A stretch of 38,251 bases of DNA, taken from Gemmatimonadota bacterium. GTDB lineage: Bacteria > Gemmatimonadota > Gemmatimonadetes > Gemmatimonadales > GWC2-71-9. Shown in pieces: positions 19,568 through 28,930 of this stretch. The stretch is taken from the NCBI GenBank assembly GCA_039591485.1, contig JBDHDN010000003.1:1-38251 (forward strand). The letters are read 5' to 3'. Below the pieces are notes generated by a model. It worked only from the letters and a program-made list of their open reading frames with translations. It was not told the DNA's origin and ran no database searches. The position numbers and the translations under genes are program-made. Positions within the stretch are counted from its first letter, which is position 1. Each line of letters opens with the position of its first letter.

Positions 19568-21133
19568 ATGCGCCGTCGCGTTGCCGTTGCGATCACCACG
19601 CTCGTTCTTTCGCTTCCGGCTCCCGTCCTCGCCCAAGGTGACCCGCTGGCCAGCATCACCGAAGCCGAGCTGCGCGAGCACATCTTCTTCCTCGCGTCCG
19701 ATTCCCTGCAAGGGCGGGACTCCCACGAGGAGGGGTACCGCATCGCCGCCCGGTACGGTGCGGAGCATTTCGTATCCGCCGGACTCCAGCCGATGTTCAC
19801 CGACGCGAGCGGTGCGCCCAGCTTCTTCCAGCAGGTGCCGTTTGAAAGCGCGGCGCTGAGCCCGTCGAGTGTGCTGCGCATAACGGTCGACGGAACGGAG
19901 ACGGTGTACCGGATCGGCGAGGATCTCTTTGCCCAGCAGGTCTTCGGGACGAGAGACGCGTCGATCTCCGGTACGCCGGTGTTCGTGGGGTACGGGATCG
20001 AAGAGCCCGACCTCGGCTGGAACGACTACGAGAACGTCGATCTCGCCGGGAAGATCGCCGTCATGGTGGCCGGCACGCCGATGCGCGACGGGGAGCCGGT
20101 GCTGCCGGAGGAACGGCATCAGCACTACTCGAGCCTTCGGAGCAGCGGGCAGTCGGTGGTCGGGCCGGTGGCGAACCGCCAGGGAGCCGCGGTCATCGTC
20201 CTGCCCGACTCCGGGTTCATGCCGCTCTGGGAGCGCATGGCCCCGATGTCCACCCGCCCCTCGATTCGTCTCGCGGGGGCGAGCCGGCCCGAGGCCGACC
20301 CCATGGCGCTGGCCTGGGCCGTCGTGCCGAGGGCGGGCGTGGGATACGAGATGCTGGCGGGGACCGGGTTCGATCCGGTCACGCGCACCGGCGAGTACAC
20401 GCCCGGCCCGCTGAGGGGGGTTCACGTGTCGATCGAGATGACGCACGAGGCGGAACCTGCGTTCGAATCACCGAACGTCGTCGGCGTGGTGCCTGGCACC
20501 GACCCCGTCCTCACGAACGAGTACATCGTGGTCACGGCGCACCTCGATCACGTTGGCGTGGGAAACGACCAGGTGTTCAACGGTGCGGACGACAACGCGA
20601 GCGGGTCGGCGGCCGTCATCGAGGCGGCGGAGGCGGCGGGGCTCGCACCCGGCAAGCGCTCGATCATGTTCGTGCTGCTCACCAGCGAGGAGGACGGTTT
20701 GCTCGGCGCCTTTCACTTCGCCGACAACCCGCCCGTGCCGATCGAGCAGATCGTGCTGAACATCAACCTGGACATGGTGGGCCGGAACTCGCCCGCGTTC
20801 CCCGACGTGCTGCTGGCGATGGGATCGGAACTCAGGCGGCCCGAGCTGCTCCAGCTCATCCGCGACGTGAACGAGACGGTGGGCGCCAACCTCGACTGGC
20901 GGCTCAACGAGGGTCCCGATCCCCAGAATCACGTGCAGCGGAGCGATCAACTGGCGTTCATGCGGAAGCAGATCCCCGCCATCCTGATCACACGCGGGTT
21001 CATGGGGCCGGACTACCACGAGCCGTCCGACGATCCCGAGACGATCAACTACACGAAAGTACGGGACGCGGCGCGGCTCGCGTTCGGGCTCGCGATCGAG
21101 GCGGCGAACCGGGAGGTGCTGTTCGAGAACTAG
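19568..21133 (+). CDS. M28-family metallopeptidase with PA domain, secreted
   Basis: Signal peptide; LASDSLQGR, VFVGYG (PA), AHLDH, GADDNASG, SEEDGL, NLDMVG, RSDQ and DYHEPSD. Confidence 0.9.
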   Translation: MRRRVAVAITTLVLSLPAPVLAQGDPLASITEAELREHIFFLASDSLQGRDSHEEGYRIAARYGAEHFVSAGLQPMFTDASGAPSFFQQVPFESAALSPSSVLRITVDGTETVYRIGEDLFAQQVFGTRDASISGTPVFVGYGIEEPDLGWNDYENVDLAGKIAVMVAGTPMRDGEPVLPEERHQHYSSLRSSGQSVVGPVANRQGAAVIVLPDSGFMPLWERMAPMSTRPSIRLAGASRPEADPMALAWAVVPRAGVGYEMLAGTGFDPVTRTGEYTPGPLRGVHVSIEMTHEAEPAFESPNVVGVVPGTDPVLTNEYIVVTAHLDHVGVGNDQVFNGADDNASGSAAVIEAAEAAGLAPGKRSIMFVLLTSEEDGLLGAFHFADNPPVPIEQIVLNINLDMVGRNSPAFPDVLLAMGSELRRPELLQLIRDVNETVGANLDWRLNEGPDPQNHVQRSDQLAFMRKQIPAILITRGFMGPDYHEPSDDPETINYTKVRDAARLAFGLAIEAANREVLFEN

Positions 21134-21157
21134 GGTCGTACGGCGGTCTGACGGGAC

Positions 21158-21188
21158 GGCGGCAGGGATCGGGAACGCCCCTGCCGCC
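21158..21188. terminator. GC-rich hairpin between convergent genes
   Basis: GGCGGCAGGG (21158-21167) pairs with CCCTGCCGCC (21179-21188); no strong U-tract. Confidence 0.5.
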
Positions 21189-21226
21189 CTCGCGGGTCAT
21201 ACCGCCGCCACCTCCTTTACACCGCC

Positions 21227-22267
21227 TTACTGACCTACCGCCCTTAGCTCGTCGAGGAAACCCGCGTCCACCCACCAAATGTCCGCGTTGCCGCGGCCGG
21301 GAGCGTCGTAGATCTCGTTCAGCGTCTCGGCACTGAGCGAGTCGGGCCGGTCTTTCCATGGCGTGCGGCGCGTGGAGAGGTAGAAGAAGTAGCGGCCGTC
21401 GGGGGAGATGTACGCAGACAGGTTGCCGCTCCTGCCCGTGTCGATGACGTCCGGAAGACGTACCGGTTCGCTCCACGTATCCTCTTCGCTGCGGAACGTG
21501 ACGTAGTAGTCCGGCCGGCCATCCCCGCCTTCCGGCCCGTGGCTCGGCATGATGAGGAAGCGCTCGTCCGGATCGATGAACGCGTTGAACTGCATGCCCC
21601 AGTCGTTCACGGGCGACGGGAGGCGCTCGGGCTCGGTGTACTCACCGTCTACGAGGCGGGAGCGGTAGATGTGGCTCCCTGCCGTGCCCGGCACCGACCT
21701 GCTGAAGTAGAGCGTGCCGTCCCGCGTCATCGACGGGAAGAACGAGCCGGTGCTGTCGTTATTGATCGGTGCGTCGAGCAAATAGGGCTCGCCCCAGCCG
21801 TCGCCCACGCGGTTTACCGCCCAAATGTTCTCATACGCCCAACGGCCGCGCTCCTCGGGCTCGAGCGGCACGCCGTCGGGGCGCCGGTCGGAGAGGAACA
21901 GCATCCGCTGCCCGTCGGGGGTGATGTGCGGCTCGACCTCCTGGTGGACGGCGTCGGCGGAGAAGGGCACTACCTCAGGCTGCGTCCACCGACCATCCAC
22001 CAGCTGGCTCCCCATGATGACCGAGTAGCCGGACTCCATCACGCACCAGTACATCTCGGCGCCGTCCTGGGTCATCGCGATGTCGCGCGTGTACATGCCG
22101 GTCGAGACGACACCCGGAGCGAACACTTGCGGCTCCGCGCCGGGCGGCGTCTGGCCGAGGTACGGGCCGGTGAGGGTGGGGGGACCGTCGTTCTCCGGCG
22201 TAACGCACGCGGCGGCGAGCGCGAGCAGGAAGCCGGCGACGGCCGGCATGGCAAGCGGTCGAGGCAT
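21227..22267 (-). CDS. PD40/TolB-like beta-propeller lipoprotein
   Basis: Lipobox AAAC; GPYLGQTPPG..P.VFAPGVVS; repeats PHITPDG..MLFLSDR, AFIDPDE and YISPDGRYFFY.S. Confidence 0.8.
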   Translation of the reverse strand: MPRPLAMPAVAGFLLALAAACVTPENDGPPTLTGPYLGQTPPGAEPQVFAPGVVSTGMYTRDIAMTQDGAEMYWCVMESGYSVIMGSQLVDGRWTQPEVVPFSADAVHQEVEPHITPDGQRMLFLSDRRPDGVPLEPEERGRWAYENIWAVNRVGDGWGEPYLLDAPINNDSTGSFFPSMTRDGTLYFSRSVPGTAGSHIYRSRLVDGEYTEPERLPSPVNDWGMQFNAFIDPDERFLIMPSHGPEGGDGRPDYYVTFRSEEDTWSEPVRLPDVIDTGRSGNLSAYISPDGRYFFYLSTRRTPWKDRPDSLSAETLNEIYDAPGRGNADIWWVDAGFLDELRAVGQ

Positions 22268-22364
22268 CCTCGCACCTGCGGGATGTTGAAGACGGTTGAC
22301 GATCACTATAACGCAGATGTATATACGGCCTTTGGTACCGGTGCACAACCTCTGCGCCCGCCGG

Positions 22365-22396
22365 AGACGCGCCAGCCCTAGGAGCTGGTAACGCGA
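22365..22396 (+). repeat. Degenerate att-like copy of the tRNA-Leu anticodon arm (left end of cassette A)
   Basis: AGACGCGCCAGCCCTAGGAGCTGGTAACGCGA is 31/32 identical to 25546-25577, including the non-tRNA tail AACGCGA. Confidence 0.85.
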
Positions 22397-22401
22397 ATCG
22401 C

Positions 22402-25257
22402 TCACTGCACCTCACCGAGATAGCGATCGTACCATCGGAGCGTGTGGCGGATGACCTCGTTCCACGGCGGGATATGCCCGGCTTCCAGCACCACGAATTC
22501 CTTGTCACGGTCGGGGACGTCGAACGCATCGAAGTACGGCACCTGGCCGGTCTCGTACGGGTGCATGAAGTCGCGCCGTCCGTTGATCAGCATGGTGGGC
22601 GTCGTGATGCGGGAGGCGAAGTTCCATGGTGCGTTCTCGGGCATCACGACGTCGCGCCATACCGGATCGAACGCCCCACCCACCAACACCAAGGCCCGGA
22701 ACCGCTTCTCCAACGCCACCGGAACCGCGATTTCCGCACCGAGGCTCAGGCCCAGGAAGCCCAAGGCGTCACTGCGTAGGTCGGATCGCTCAGTCACGTA
22801 GTCCACCGTGCGATGCAGGTCCTGCGTGACCCACACCGTCCACTGGCGACGTGCGATGCCGCGTGCGCGGGACTCGACAGGGCGCTCGTAGGAGCCCTTG
22901 TACATGGGGTAGACCAGTACTCGGCCGCTCCGTGGCACGTAGGAGATCAGCGCCAACTCAGAGGGATTCTCGGAGGCGCGCGGGCTGAACGCGGAACTAC
23001 CCGGGAAATAGACGACAGTCTGAAAGGGAGGCTCGGCGTTCCGTGGAAGAAAGACGTAGGCGGCGATCCGCTCGCCGCCGTACGCCGCGGTGTAGCTGAC
23101 CCGTTGGCGAATCCAGTGCCGCGCGGTGTCGGTGGCCTCGACGCGAGCAGCGAGGTCCGTCGGAACGTATTCGTAGAACCGGCGGAAGATGGCGAACGTC
23201 GCGTCGTCTACCGGCTGCACGCGGTTGAAATCGAAGAACGGCTGTTCGATCGGGTCGAGCAACGCGGTCGCCGGCGCCGACTCGTATGCAGCGCACCGGA
23301 ACCCGTTTCTGGGATCGCGGGACCACGGGTCCGCGGCATCGCCGTCGGCGTAGAGGTACTCTGGATCGGTCCACGCGCCGCCTAGGATGTGCCGAGACTC
23401 ACCAGTCGCATTGTGAACCCATTCACGGACGTTGCCCGCCATGTCGTGCGTGCCGGACGGACCGATGCCCCCGAGGCTGCCGACGGCGATGGTGCTGTCG
23501 CCACTGAAATTGCTGACGGTGAGGATATGATCCCACACGACCTCGGTGAAGCCGGCGGCGTGCCGCCAGTGGTAGTACGTCGGCAGGGCCTTGCCATTGG
23601 CACGACAGAACGCGGCCGCTTCGTACCAGCTCACGCCGCCCACGGGATGGTCAGCGCGGCCGGCGGAGTGCTGACTGAGCTCCCACGTGGCCGGACCCTG
23701 GCGCCCCGTGCGGTCGACGAAGGTCTCCATGGCGTCGTCCCAGGAGACGGGCCGGCCGTTGCGCACGAACGGTTCTACCCAGTGCGTCGAGTCCTCGTAG
23801 CCCCCGGCGGCGACGAAGTCCTGGAACGCGCGATTGGTGACCTCGAACCGATCGAGACGAAACGAGTCCAGCGCCATCGGCATGGCGGACGAGGCGTCGG
23901 TGCCGGCAGGAACCCAGAGCATGTCGCCGGATTCCTCCTCCGGAACCAGGCGTGCCGTGACCGATCCGAACTCGGAGATCATGCTGACTTCCAGCGGATG
24001 ATACCCCGAGCGGGCGAACCGGACGCGCAGTTGGCCGGCCGGCAGCGGAAACTGCTCGAGCGGGGTCACACCGGCATCAAACCACACGGAGTCGCCATGC
24101 CGGTACCCACGGAACTGAACGGTCGCTCCGGGGGGGGCCGATGCGATGTCGACCGGCAACGTGGTGATCGAGAGGTACTCGGTGAGCGTCGGGTCATCCG
24201 GTCGCCTGAGGAGCGCCTCACGCGCGAGGCCGTACGCGCCTGCGAACCGGCCTGCCTCCACTAGTTGCTCGATGCCCGGAATCGCCACTTCCTGGACCCA
24301 GCGGCGGTCAGCGGTATCGCGGAACCAGCGAACACCCACGAGTGCTCCCGCCACGGCGACAACGGCTGCTGCCCCGATGAAGACGCGGCGTGTACGGGCC
24401 GGCAGACGAGGGGTCGACGGGCCTGCCGGCGGCGCCAGGGCCGCCGCAAACTCCGCTGCCGTGGCGAAGCGCGCATCGCGGTTCGGAGCGAGCGCGCGGT
24501 CGACGACGGCCGCCGTGGCCGGTGGAACATCCGGTCGTCTTTCGCCGATGCGCGCCGGGGTCTCGGTCACGATGCGAGCGATGAGCTCCGGAAGCGACGC
24601 CGCGCTGAACGGGGTCGCGCCGGTGAGCATTTCGTACAGCACGGCACCGAGAGCATAGATGTCCGACCGTGAATCGAGATCGCGTTCTCCCGCAGCCTGT
24701 TCCGGACTCATGTAGCGCGGGCTGCCCAGCGAAAGGCCCGTTTCGGTAAGACGGCCGCTGCCCGCCTCGCTGACGGCGAGCGCGATGCCGAAATCCGCCA
24801 CGAGCACCTTGCCGTCCTGCAGCAAGATGTTCTCCGGTTTGATGTCTCGATGAATCACTCCGCGGCGGTGTGCGAAGTCGAGCGCCTCCGCGACTTCGAT
24901 CGCGATTCGCGTCGCCGCCGCGAGGTCGAGTTGGCCCTCACGCGCCAGGGTGTCGCGGAGGGACTCACCGTCGACATACGGCATCACGTAGTAGAGGAAC
25001 CCAGCGGCTTCCCCAGAGTCATAGAGCGGCAGGATGTGCGGGTGCTGGAGATTAGCGGTCGTCTTGATCTCCTGCACGAACCGCTCGGCCCCGAGCACAG
25101 CGGCCAGTTCCGGGCGCAGCACCTTGAGCGCCACCTGACGTTCATGCTTGAGATCTACCGCGAGATAGACCGTCGCCATCCCGCCGCTACCGATCTCTCG
25201 ATCGATGGCATACCGGTCGGCGAGGGCTGCTTTGAGGCGATCGAGTTGGTCGGACAT
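22402..25257 (-). CDS. Transmembrane Ser/Thr protein kinase fused to FGE-sulfatase-like and alpha/beta-hydrolase domains
   Basis: GSGGMATV, VALK, HRDIKPEN, DFG, YMSPEQ; TM VFIGAAAVVAVAGALV; FEVTN, HPVGGVSWYEAAAFC, DMAGNVREW, NGFRC; GLSLG, NGRRD, AGH. Confidence 0.9.
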   Translation of the reverse strand: MSDQLDRLKAALADRYAIDREIGSGGMATVYLAVDLKHERQVALKVLRPELAAVLGAERFVQEIKTTANLQHPHILPLYDSGEAAGFLYYVMPYVDGESLRDTLAREGQLDLAAATRIAIEVAEALDFAHRRGVIHRDIKPENILLQDGKVLVADFGIALAVSEAGSGRLTETGLSLGSPRYMSPEQAAGERDLDSRSDIYALGAVLYEMLTGATPFSAASLPELIARIVTETPARIGERRPDVPPATAAVVDRALAPNRDARFATAAEFAAALAPPAGPSTPRLPARTRRVFIGAAAVVAVAGALVGVRWFRDTADRRWVQEVAIPGIEQLVEAGRFAGAYGLAREALLRRPDDPTLTEYLSITTLPVDIASAPPGATVQFRGYRHGDSVWFDAGVTPLEQFPLPAGQLRVRFARSGYHPLEVSMISEFGSVTARLVPEEESGDMLWVPAGTDASSAMPMALDSFRLDRFEVTNRAFQDFVAAGGYEDSTHWVEPFVRNGRPVSWDDAMETFVDRTGRQGPATWELSQHSAGRADHPVGGVSWYEAAAFCRANGKALPTYYHWRHAAGFTEVVWDHILTVSNFSGDSTIAVGSLGGIGPSGTHDMAGNVREWVHNATGESRHILGGAWTDPEYLYADGDAADPWSRDPRNGFRCAAYESAPATALLDPIEQPFFDFNRVQPVDDATFAIFRRFYEYVPTDLAARVEATDTARHWIRQRVSYTAAYGGERIAAYVFLPRNAEPPFQTVVYFPGSSAFSPRASENPSELALISYVPRSGRVLVYPMYKGSYERPVESRARGIARRQWTVWVTQDLHRTVDYVTERSDLRSDALGFLGLSLGAEIAVPVALEKRFRALVLVGGAFDPVWRDVVMPENAPWNFASRITTPTMLINGRRDFMHPYETGQVPYFDAFDVPDRDKEFVVLEAGHIPPWNEVIRHTLRWYDRYLGEVQ

Positions 25258-25353
25258 ATGGGAGAGAAGATGCAACAGGGCGAGCACTGACGCGAGCCAC
25301 CGTTGGGGCTCGTCTACCCTCCCAGAAGGGACCCGGGGGCATTCCGGCTGCCC

Positions 25354-25374
25354 GGACCCGCACCTAAACCCGTA
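25354..25374 (+). repeat. 12-bp-period motif (GGACCCGCACCT-AAACCCGTA), candidate integrase arm site of cassette A
   Basis: 172 bp upstream of the tRNA 5' fragment; equivalent to the motif pair 178 bp upstream of the intact tRNA. Confidence 0.5.
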
Positions 25375-25474
25375 ACGCGACGATCCCCTACGGGCCGGCC
25401 AGACATGAGAGAAGCAGCTACATGGTGAGGCGGGAGTTGACCTGGCTCCGGCCAGCGAGCGGACCCCGTCCTTG

Positions 25475-25525
25475 CGGGGAAAGCCTACTCCCCCAACACG
25501 CTCGACACTACCTTACGGTCGGTTC
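25475..25525 (+). promoter_or_regulatory. Putative replacement tRNA promoter carried by cassette A
   Basis: TACCTT (-10-like) at 25509-25514; aligns ungapped (offset 3988) with 29463-29513. Confidence 0.5.
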
Positions 25526-25570
25526 GCGGCCGTGGCGGAACTGGTAGACGCGCCAGCCTTAGGAGCTGGT
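25526..25570 (+). repeat. tRNA-Leu 5' fragment (45 nt), att junction between cassettes A and B
   Basis: Exact copy of 29514-29558 (identity extends 6 nt upstream, CGGTTC). Diverges after the anticodon stem, so no variable arm, T-arm or 3' acceptor strand. Confidence 0.95.
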
Positions 25571-25639
25571 AACGCGAGTCTGCCAACCCCCTCCAAGCCC
25601 CGTCAGGACAAGCCTTTCAATAATCGGCCGATGTTCGGT

Positions 25640-25676
25640 GGACCTGCATCTGGACCCGCGTTAGACCGGGACAATC
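25640..25676 (+). repeat. Tandem 12-bp motif pair, candidate arm sites at left end of cassette B
   Basis: GGACCTGCATCT-GGACCCGCGT; 25641-25661 is 20/21 identical to 29337-29357. Confidence 0.7.
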
Positions 25677-25712
25677 ACCGTCTACGACAGAGGCCGTCCC
25701 CCGGCTCTCCCG

Positions 25713-26747
25713 TCAGTCTCTTCGGCCCGGGACGTACGGATCCGGCGTGCCCGGCTTGATCGGTGGCTCCAGTTGAAGAGATTGTGCATGCTCGACGAGC
25801 ACCTGGCCGGCTGGATAACGGACCCAGAAGTTCGGCGGCGCATTGAGAACCGGGTATTCCTCCTTCGGGTCCAGCAACAGATTGTAGAACAGCGGCACTC
25901 CGTAACTCCGGACCGGGTCGCCGGCAATCGTGCTGATTTCCTTCACCATCATCTTCCATTCACGCCACTTCACCCCGTAGAGCTCCTTGCCGACATAGAC
26001 AACCACTTACTCCCGATTGGATTGCTCGGTCATGCCCGTCAAGAAGTCAGTTTGGTCAATGCCGTCGATAACACGATCATCGGGCACTTCGCCATCGACT
26101 ATCCGAGCGAACGTCGTGAAGAGGTCCATTTCATGCACAATCTCGTTGTTGACGGCTCCCTCCGGTACATGGCCAGGCCAGCGTATGATGAATGGCACCC
26201 GCAGTGACCCTTCTAACCCGGTGAAATAACTGCCGCGCCAGGGACCGGAGAATCCCTGATGCGGAATCACGCCCTCAGGTCCGTTGTCTGCCGTGAAGAT
26301 GAAGATGGTGTTGTCCTTGATGCCCAATTCGTCGACCGCGTCAAGAAGCTCGCCGACGTATGCGTCGGTCTGGGCCAGCACGTCGGCCCAATGGCCGTTG
26401 CCAGTCTTCCCCTTGTTGTCAGGGTGGGGCTCGACTGGCAGGTGGGTCTGGGTGTAGGGAACGAAGGCGAAGAATGGCCCGTCTTCGGGTGCCTTCCGAC
26501 GCATGAAATCGATGGTGCGGTCGGTGATTTCACGATCGCTCGTTAGACGCTTGGCGCTGTCGTATACCTCAAGTTCTCTCGGAGTCTGACCGCGCTCGGC
26601 CTCCACGACATACTCGTACTTGACCAACGGATGCACGCCCGGCCGAAAGAGATCGTTGTCCGGCCAGTAACTCTCATCTGACGAATTGGGAATGCCAAAC
26701 CATTCGTCGAATCCCTGGTCAGTCGGATAGCGGCCGGGCGTATCACC
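25713..26747 (-). pseudogene. Arylsulfatase pseudogene (5'-truncated, internal TAA)
   Basis: Homology starts at GDTPGRYPTDQGFDEWFG, just after the expected GKWHL; CxPxR region absent. PFFAFVP...H.P, IFTADNG, EGSLRVPFIIRWPG, MDLFTT, IDGID and LFYNL..DP.E. In-frame TAA 26007-26009 splits ORFs 26007..26636 and 25713..26006. Confidence 0.9.
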
Positions 26748-26765
26748 TCGAACTGACCACGACGC

Positions 26766-28913
26766 CTACTCGGCGATGCCCGCAAGATCGAGAATGAATG
26801 CGTACCGGAATGCAATCTCTCGCCAGCCCTGGTAGCGGCCCGAAGAGCCTCCGTGTTCCCCTTCCATGTTCATCTGCAGCAGGAGAACGTTGTCGTCGGT
26901 TTTCAGCGCGCGCAGCTTCGCCACCCATTTGGTCGGCGCCCAGTACTGCACCTGCGTGTCGTGGAGGGCCGCGGTCACCAACATGTTGGGATAGTCCTGT
27001 CTCCGGACGTTCTCGTAGGGCGAATACGAGAGCACGTACCGGTAGTACGCCTCCTGCTGCGGGTCGCCCGACCCGGACACCGCGGTATTGCTCATGAACG
27101 ACGCAAGCACATCCACATTCGGCACCTGCGCCACGATTCCCTTGAACAGGTCGGGCCGCATGTTGGCGACGGCGCCCATCAGGAGTCCACCAGAGCTAAT
27201 GCCGTGGGCGAAGAGTCTGTCTGGGCTCGCGTAACCTTCACTGATTAGGAACTCAGCCACGGCGATGAAGTCGGTGAACGTGTTGCGCTTCTTGAGCCCC
27301 TGACCATCCTCGGCCCACTGACTGCCCATCTCCTCACCACCGCGGACGTGGGCGATGGCGTAGATGAAACCGCGATCGAGGAGGCTCAGGACTGGCGGGT
27401 CGAACGCCGCATCCACAGTCGCGCCACCGTAGCCGTACAGCAGTAGATGGCTCGCGCCGTCCCTCCTGGTGCCCTTGCGGTATACGATGGAGACCGGGAC
27501 CGAGACACCGTCCCGCGCTGGCGCATGGAGCCGCTCGGACACGTACTCGGCCGGATCGAAGTCGCCCAGGACTTCCTCCCGCTTCACCAACTCCTGCTCC
27601 CGCGTATCCATGTTGTAGTCGTACACAGAAGTCGGAGTCGTGAAGGATGAGTATTGATAGCGGAGAATGTTGGACTCGGGATCACTCCTCAAAATGTTGG
27701 CGTGATATACCGGCTCTCCGAAATCGAGGTAGTACTCGCCTTCCCCGGACCATGGCCGAATCCACACGTGAACCACTCCCTCTCTCCTCTCCACCACCAC
27801 TAGATGATCCCGGAACACTTCGAAACCCTCGAGCAGCACGTCTTCTCGGTGGGGGATCACTTCCTCCCAGTGCTCCACGCCCGTCTCGCTGACAGGGGTG
27901 CGCATCAGCTTGAAGTTCTGAGCCCCGCCGTGGTTCGTCCGTATGTAGAAGTAGTCGCCTACAGGAACGAAGCTGTAATCGTGCCCCGGCTGGCGCGGCA
28001 GGAAGAGGTTGAATGCCCCGTCAGGTTGATCGGCGTCCAAGTATCGCCACTCGTTGCCCCATGGTCCCCAAGTCTCGATCACGAGGTAGCCGTTCCTTGG
28101 CCAAACGAGGCAGCGGGACCTCTCCTCCTCGTGAACCAGCTCATCCTCTATGGGATCGGTGCCGAGAACGTGACGGTAGATCTGATACGGGCGCGGGTTG
28201 ACCGGGGGGCGGGTCTGCTTCGCGTAGAACAGGGTGCGGCCGTCGTTGGCCCAGGCCATGTTGGCCGTTACAGAGTCAATGACGTCATCGAGGAATTCAC
28301 CGGTCCCGAGGTCCTTGAATCGTATCGTGGAGTAGTGACGCCCGACTGTATCGACAGCAAAGGCCATGATCTCCTGGTTCGGACTGAGGGTCGGGAAGCG
28401 CACAGCGGTGTACGCGTGGCCCTCGGCGATCTCATTAACGTCGATGAGGATCTCTTCGTCGGCCTCCAGACTGCCTCTCTTCCGGGCATATATCGGATAC
28501 TCCTTTCCCTCCTCATGGCGGTAGTAGTGGAAGTAGTCACCCTGGCGCCACGGCACGGAGAGATCGGTCTCCCTCACGCGTCCGGATATCTCCTGGAAGA
28601 GTGTCTCCTGGAGCGCCTCCGTACGGGCCATCATGGCCTCGGTGTGCGCGTTCTCCGCTTCCAGGTAGGCGATCACCTCGGGGTTCTCGCGATCCTGTAG
28701 CCAGAAGTAATTGTCGATCCGTACGTGCCCGTAAGCCTCGAGGCGCGTGGGGGCAATCTTGGCCACAGGAGGCAGGATCTCCTGGGGCGTCTCCTGGGCT
28801 CCTCTTTCCTCAGTCGCCCAATGGCTCAGCACGGTGCCGCCAAGGCACACGCTTGCGAGGAGGGGTGCCCACAGAACGCCGCCGACAAGGCGTGCTTCTC
28901 GCCGATCACGCAT
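26766..28913 (-). CDS. Oligopeptidase B-like S9A serine peptidase, probably secreted, divergent specificity pocket
   Basis: DNYFWL, VIAYLEAENA, ARDGVSVPVSIVY, HVRGGEE.G..W, KRNTFTDFI, GISSGG (Ser), HDTQV (Asp) and EHGG (His). AAGGAG RBS; hydrophobic N-terminus. Confidence 0.9.
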   Translation of the reverse strand: MRDRREARLVGGVLWAPLLASVCLGGTVLSHWATEERGAQETPQEILPPVAKIAPTRLEAYGHVRIDNYFWLQDRENPEVIAYLEAENAHTEAMMARTEALQETLFQEISGRVRETDLSVPWRQGDYFHYYRHEEGKEYPIYARKRGSLEADEEILIDVNEIAEGHAYTAVRFPTLSPNQEIMAFAVDTVGRHYSTIRFKDLGTGEFLDDVIDSVTANMAWANDGRTLFYAKQTRPPVNPRPYQIYRHVLGTDPIEDELVHEEERSRCLVWPRNGYLVIETWGPWGNEWRYLDADQPDGAFNLFLPRQPGHDYSFVPVGDYFYIRTNHGGAQNFKLMRTPVSETGVEHWEEVIPHREDVLLEGFEVFRDHLVVVERREGVVHVWIRPWSGEGEYYLDFGEPVYHANILRSDPESNILRYQYSSFTTPTSVYDYNMDTREQELVKREEVLGDFDPAEYVSERLHAPARDGVSVPVSIVYRKGTRRDGASHLLLYGYGGATVDAAFDPPVLSLLDRGFIYAIAHVRGGEEMGSQWAEDGQGLKKRNTFTDFIAVAEFLISEGYASPDRLFAHGISSGGLLMGAVANMRPDLFKGIVAQVPNVDVLASFMSNTAVSGSGDPQQEAYYRYVLSYSPYENVRRQDYPNMLVTAALHDTQVQYWAPTKWVAKLRALKTDDNVLLLQMNMEGEHGGSSGRYQGWREIAFRYAFILDLAGIAE

Positions 28914-28930
28914 CTGACATCTCCTTGGCC

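Larger units (their letters stand above)
22365..25570. mobile_element. Integrase-less integrative cassette A at tRNA-Leu (repeat offset 3181 bp)
   Basis: Bounded by tRNA-Leu-derived direct repeats; contains one kinase gene and a right arm homologous to that of cassette B. Confidence 0.65.

Noticed and set aside
25526-25620. Second functional, split or intron-containing tRNA
   Set aside because: No T-arm or 3' acceptor strand follows, the downstream copy is complete on its own, and no group I intron features were seen.
22402-26747. FGE domain acting as maturase for the neighbouring sulfatase
   Set aside because: The FGE-like domain lacks the catalytic cysteines, the two genes lie in separate cassettes, and the sulfatase is a pseudogene.
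25713-28913. Peptidase-sulfatase readthrough fusion
   Set aside because: The same frame occurs by chance one time in three, and the sulfatase part lacks its catalytic region and has another stop.
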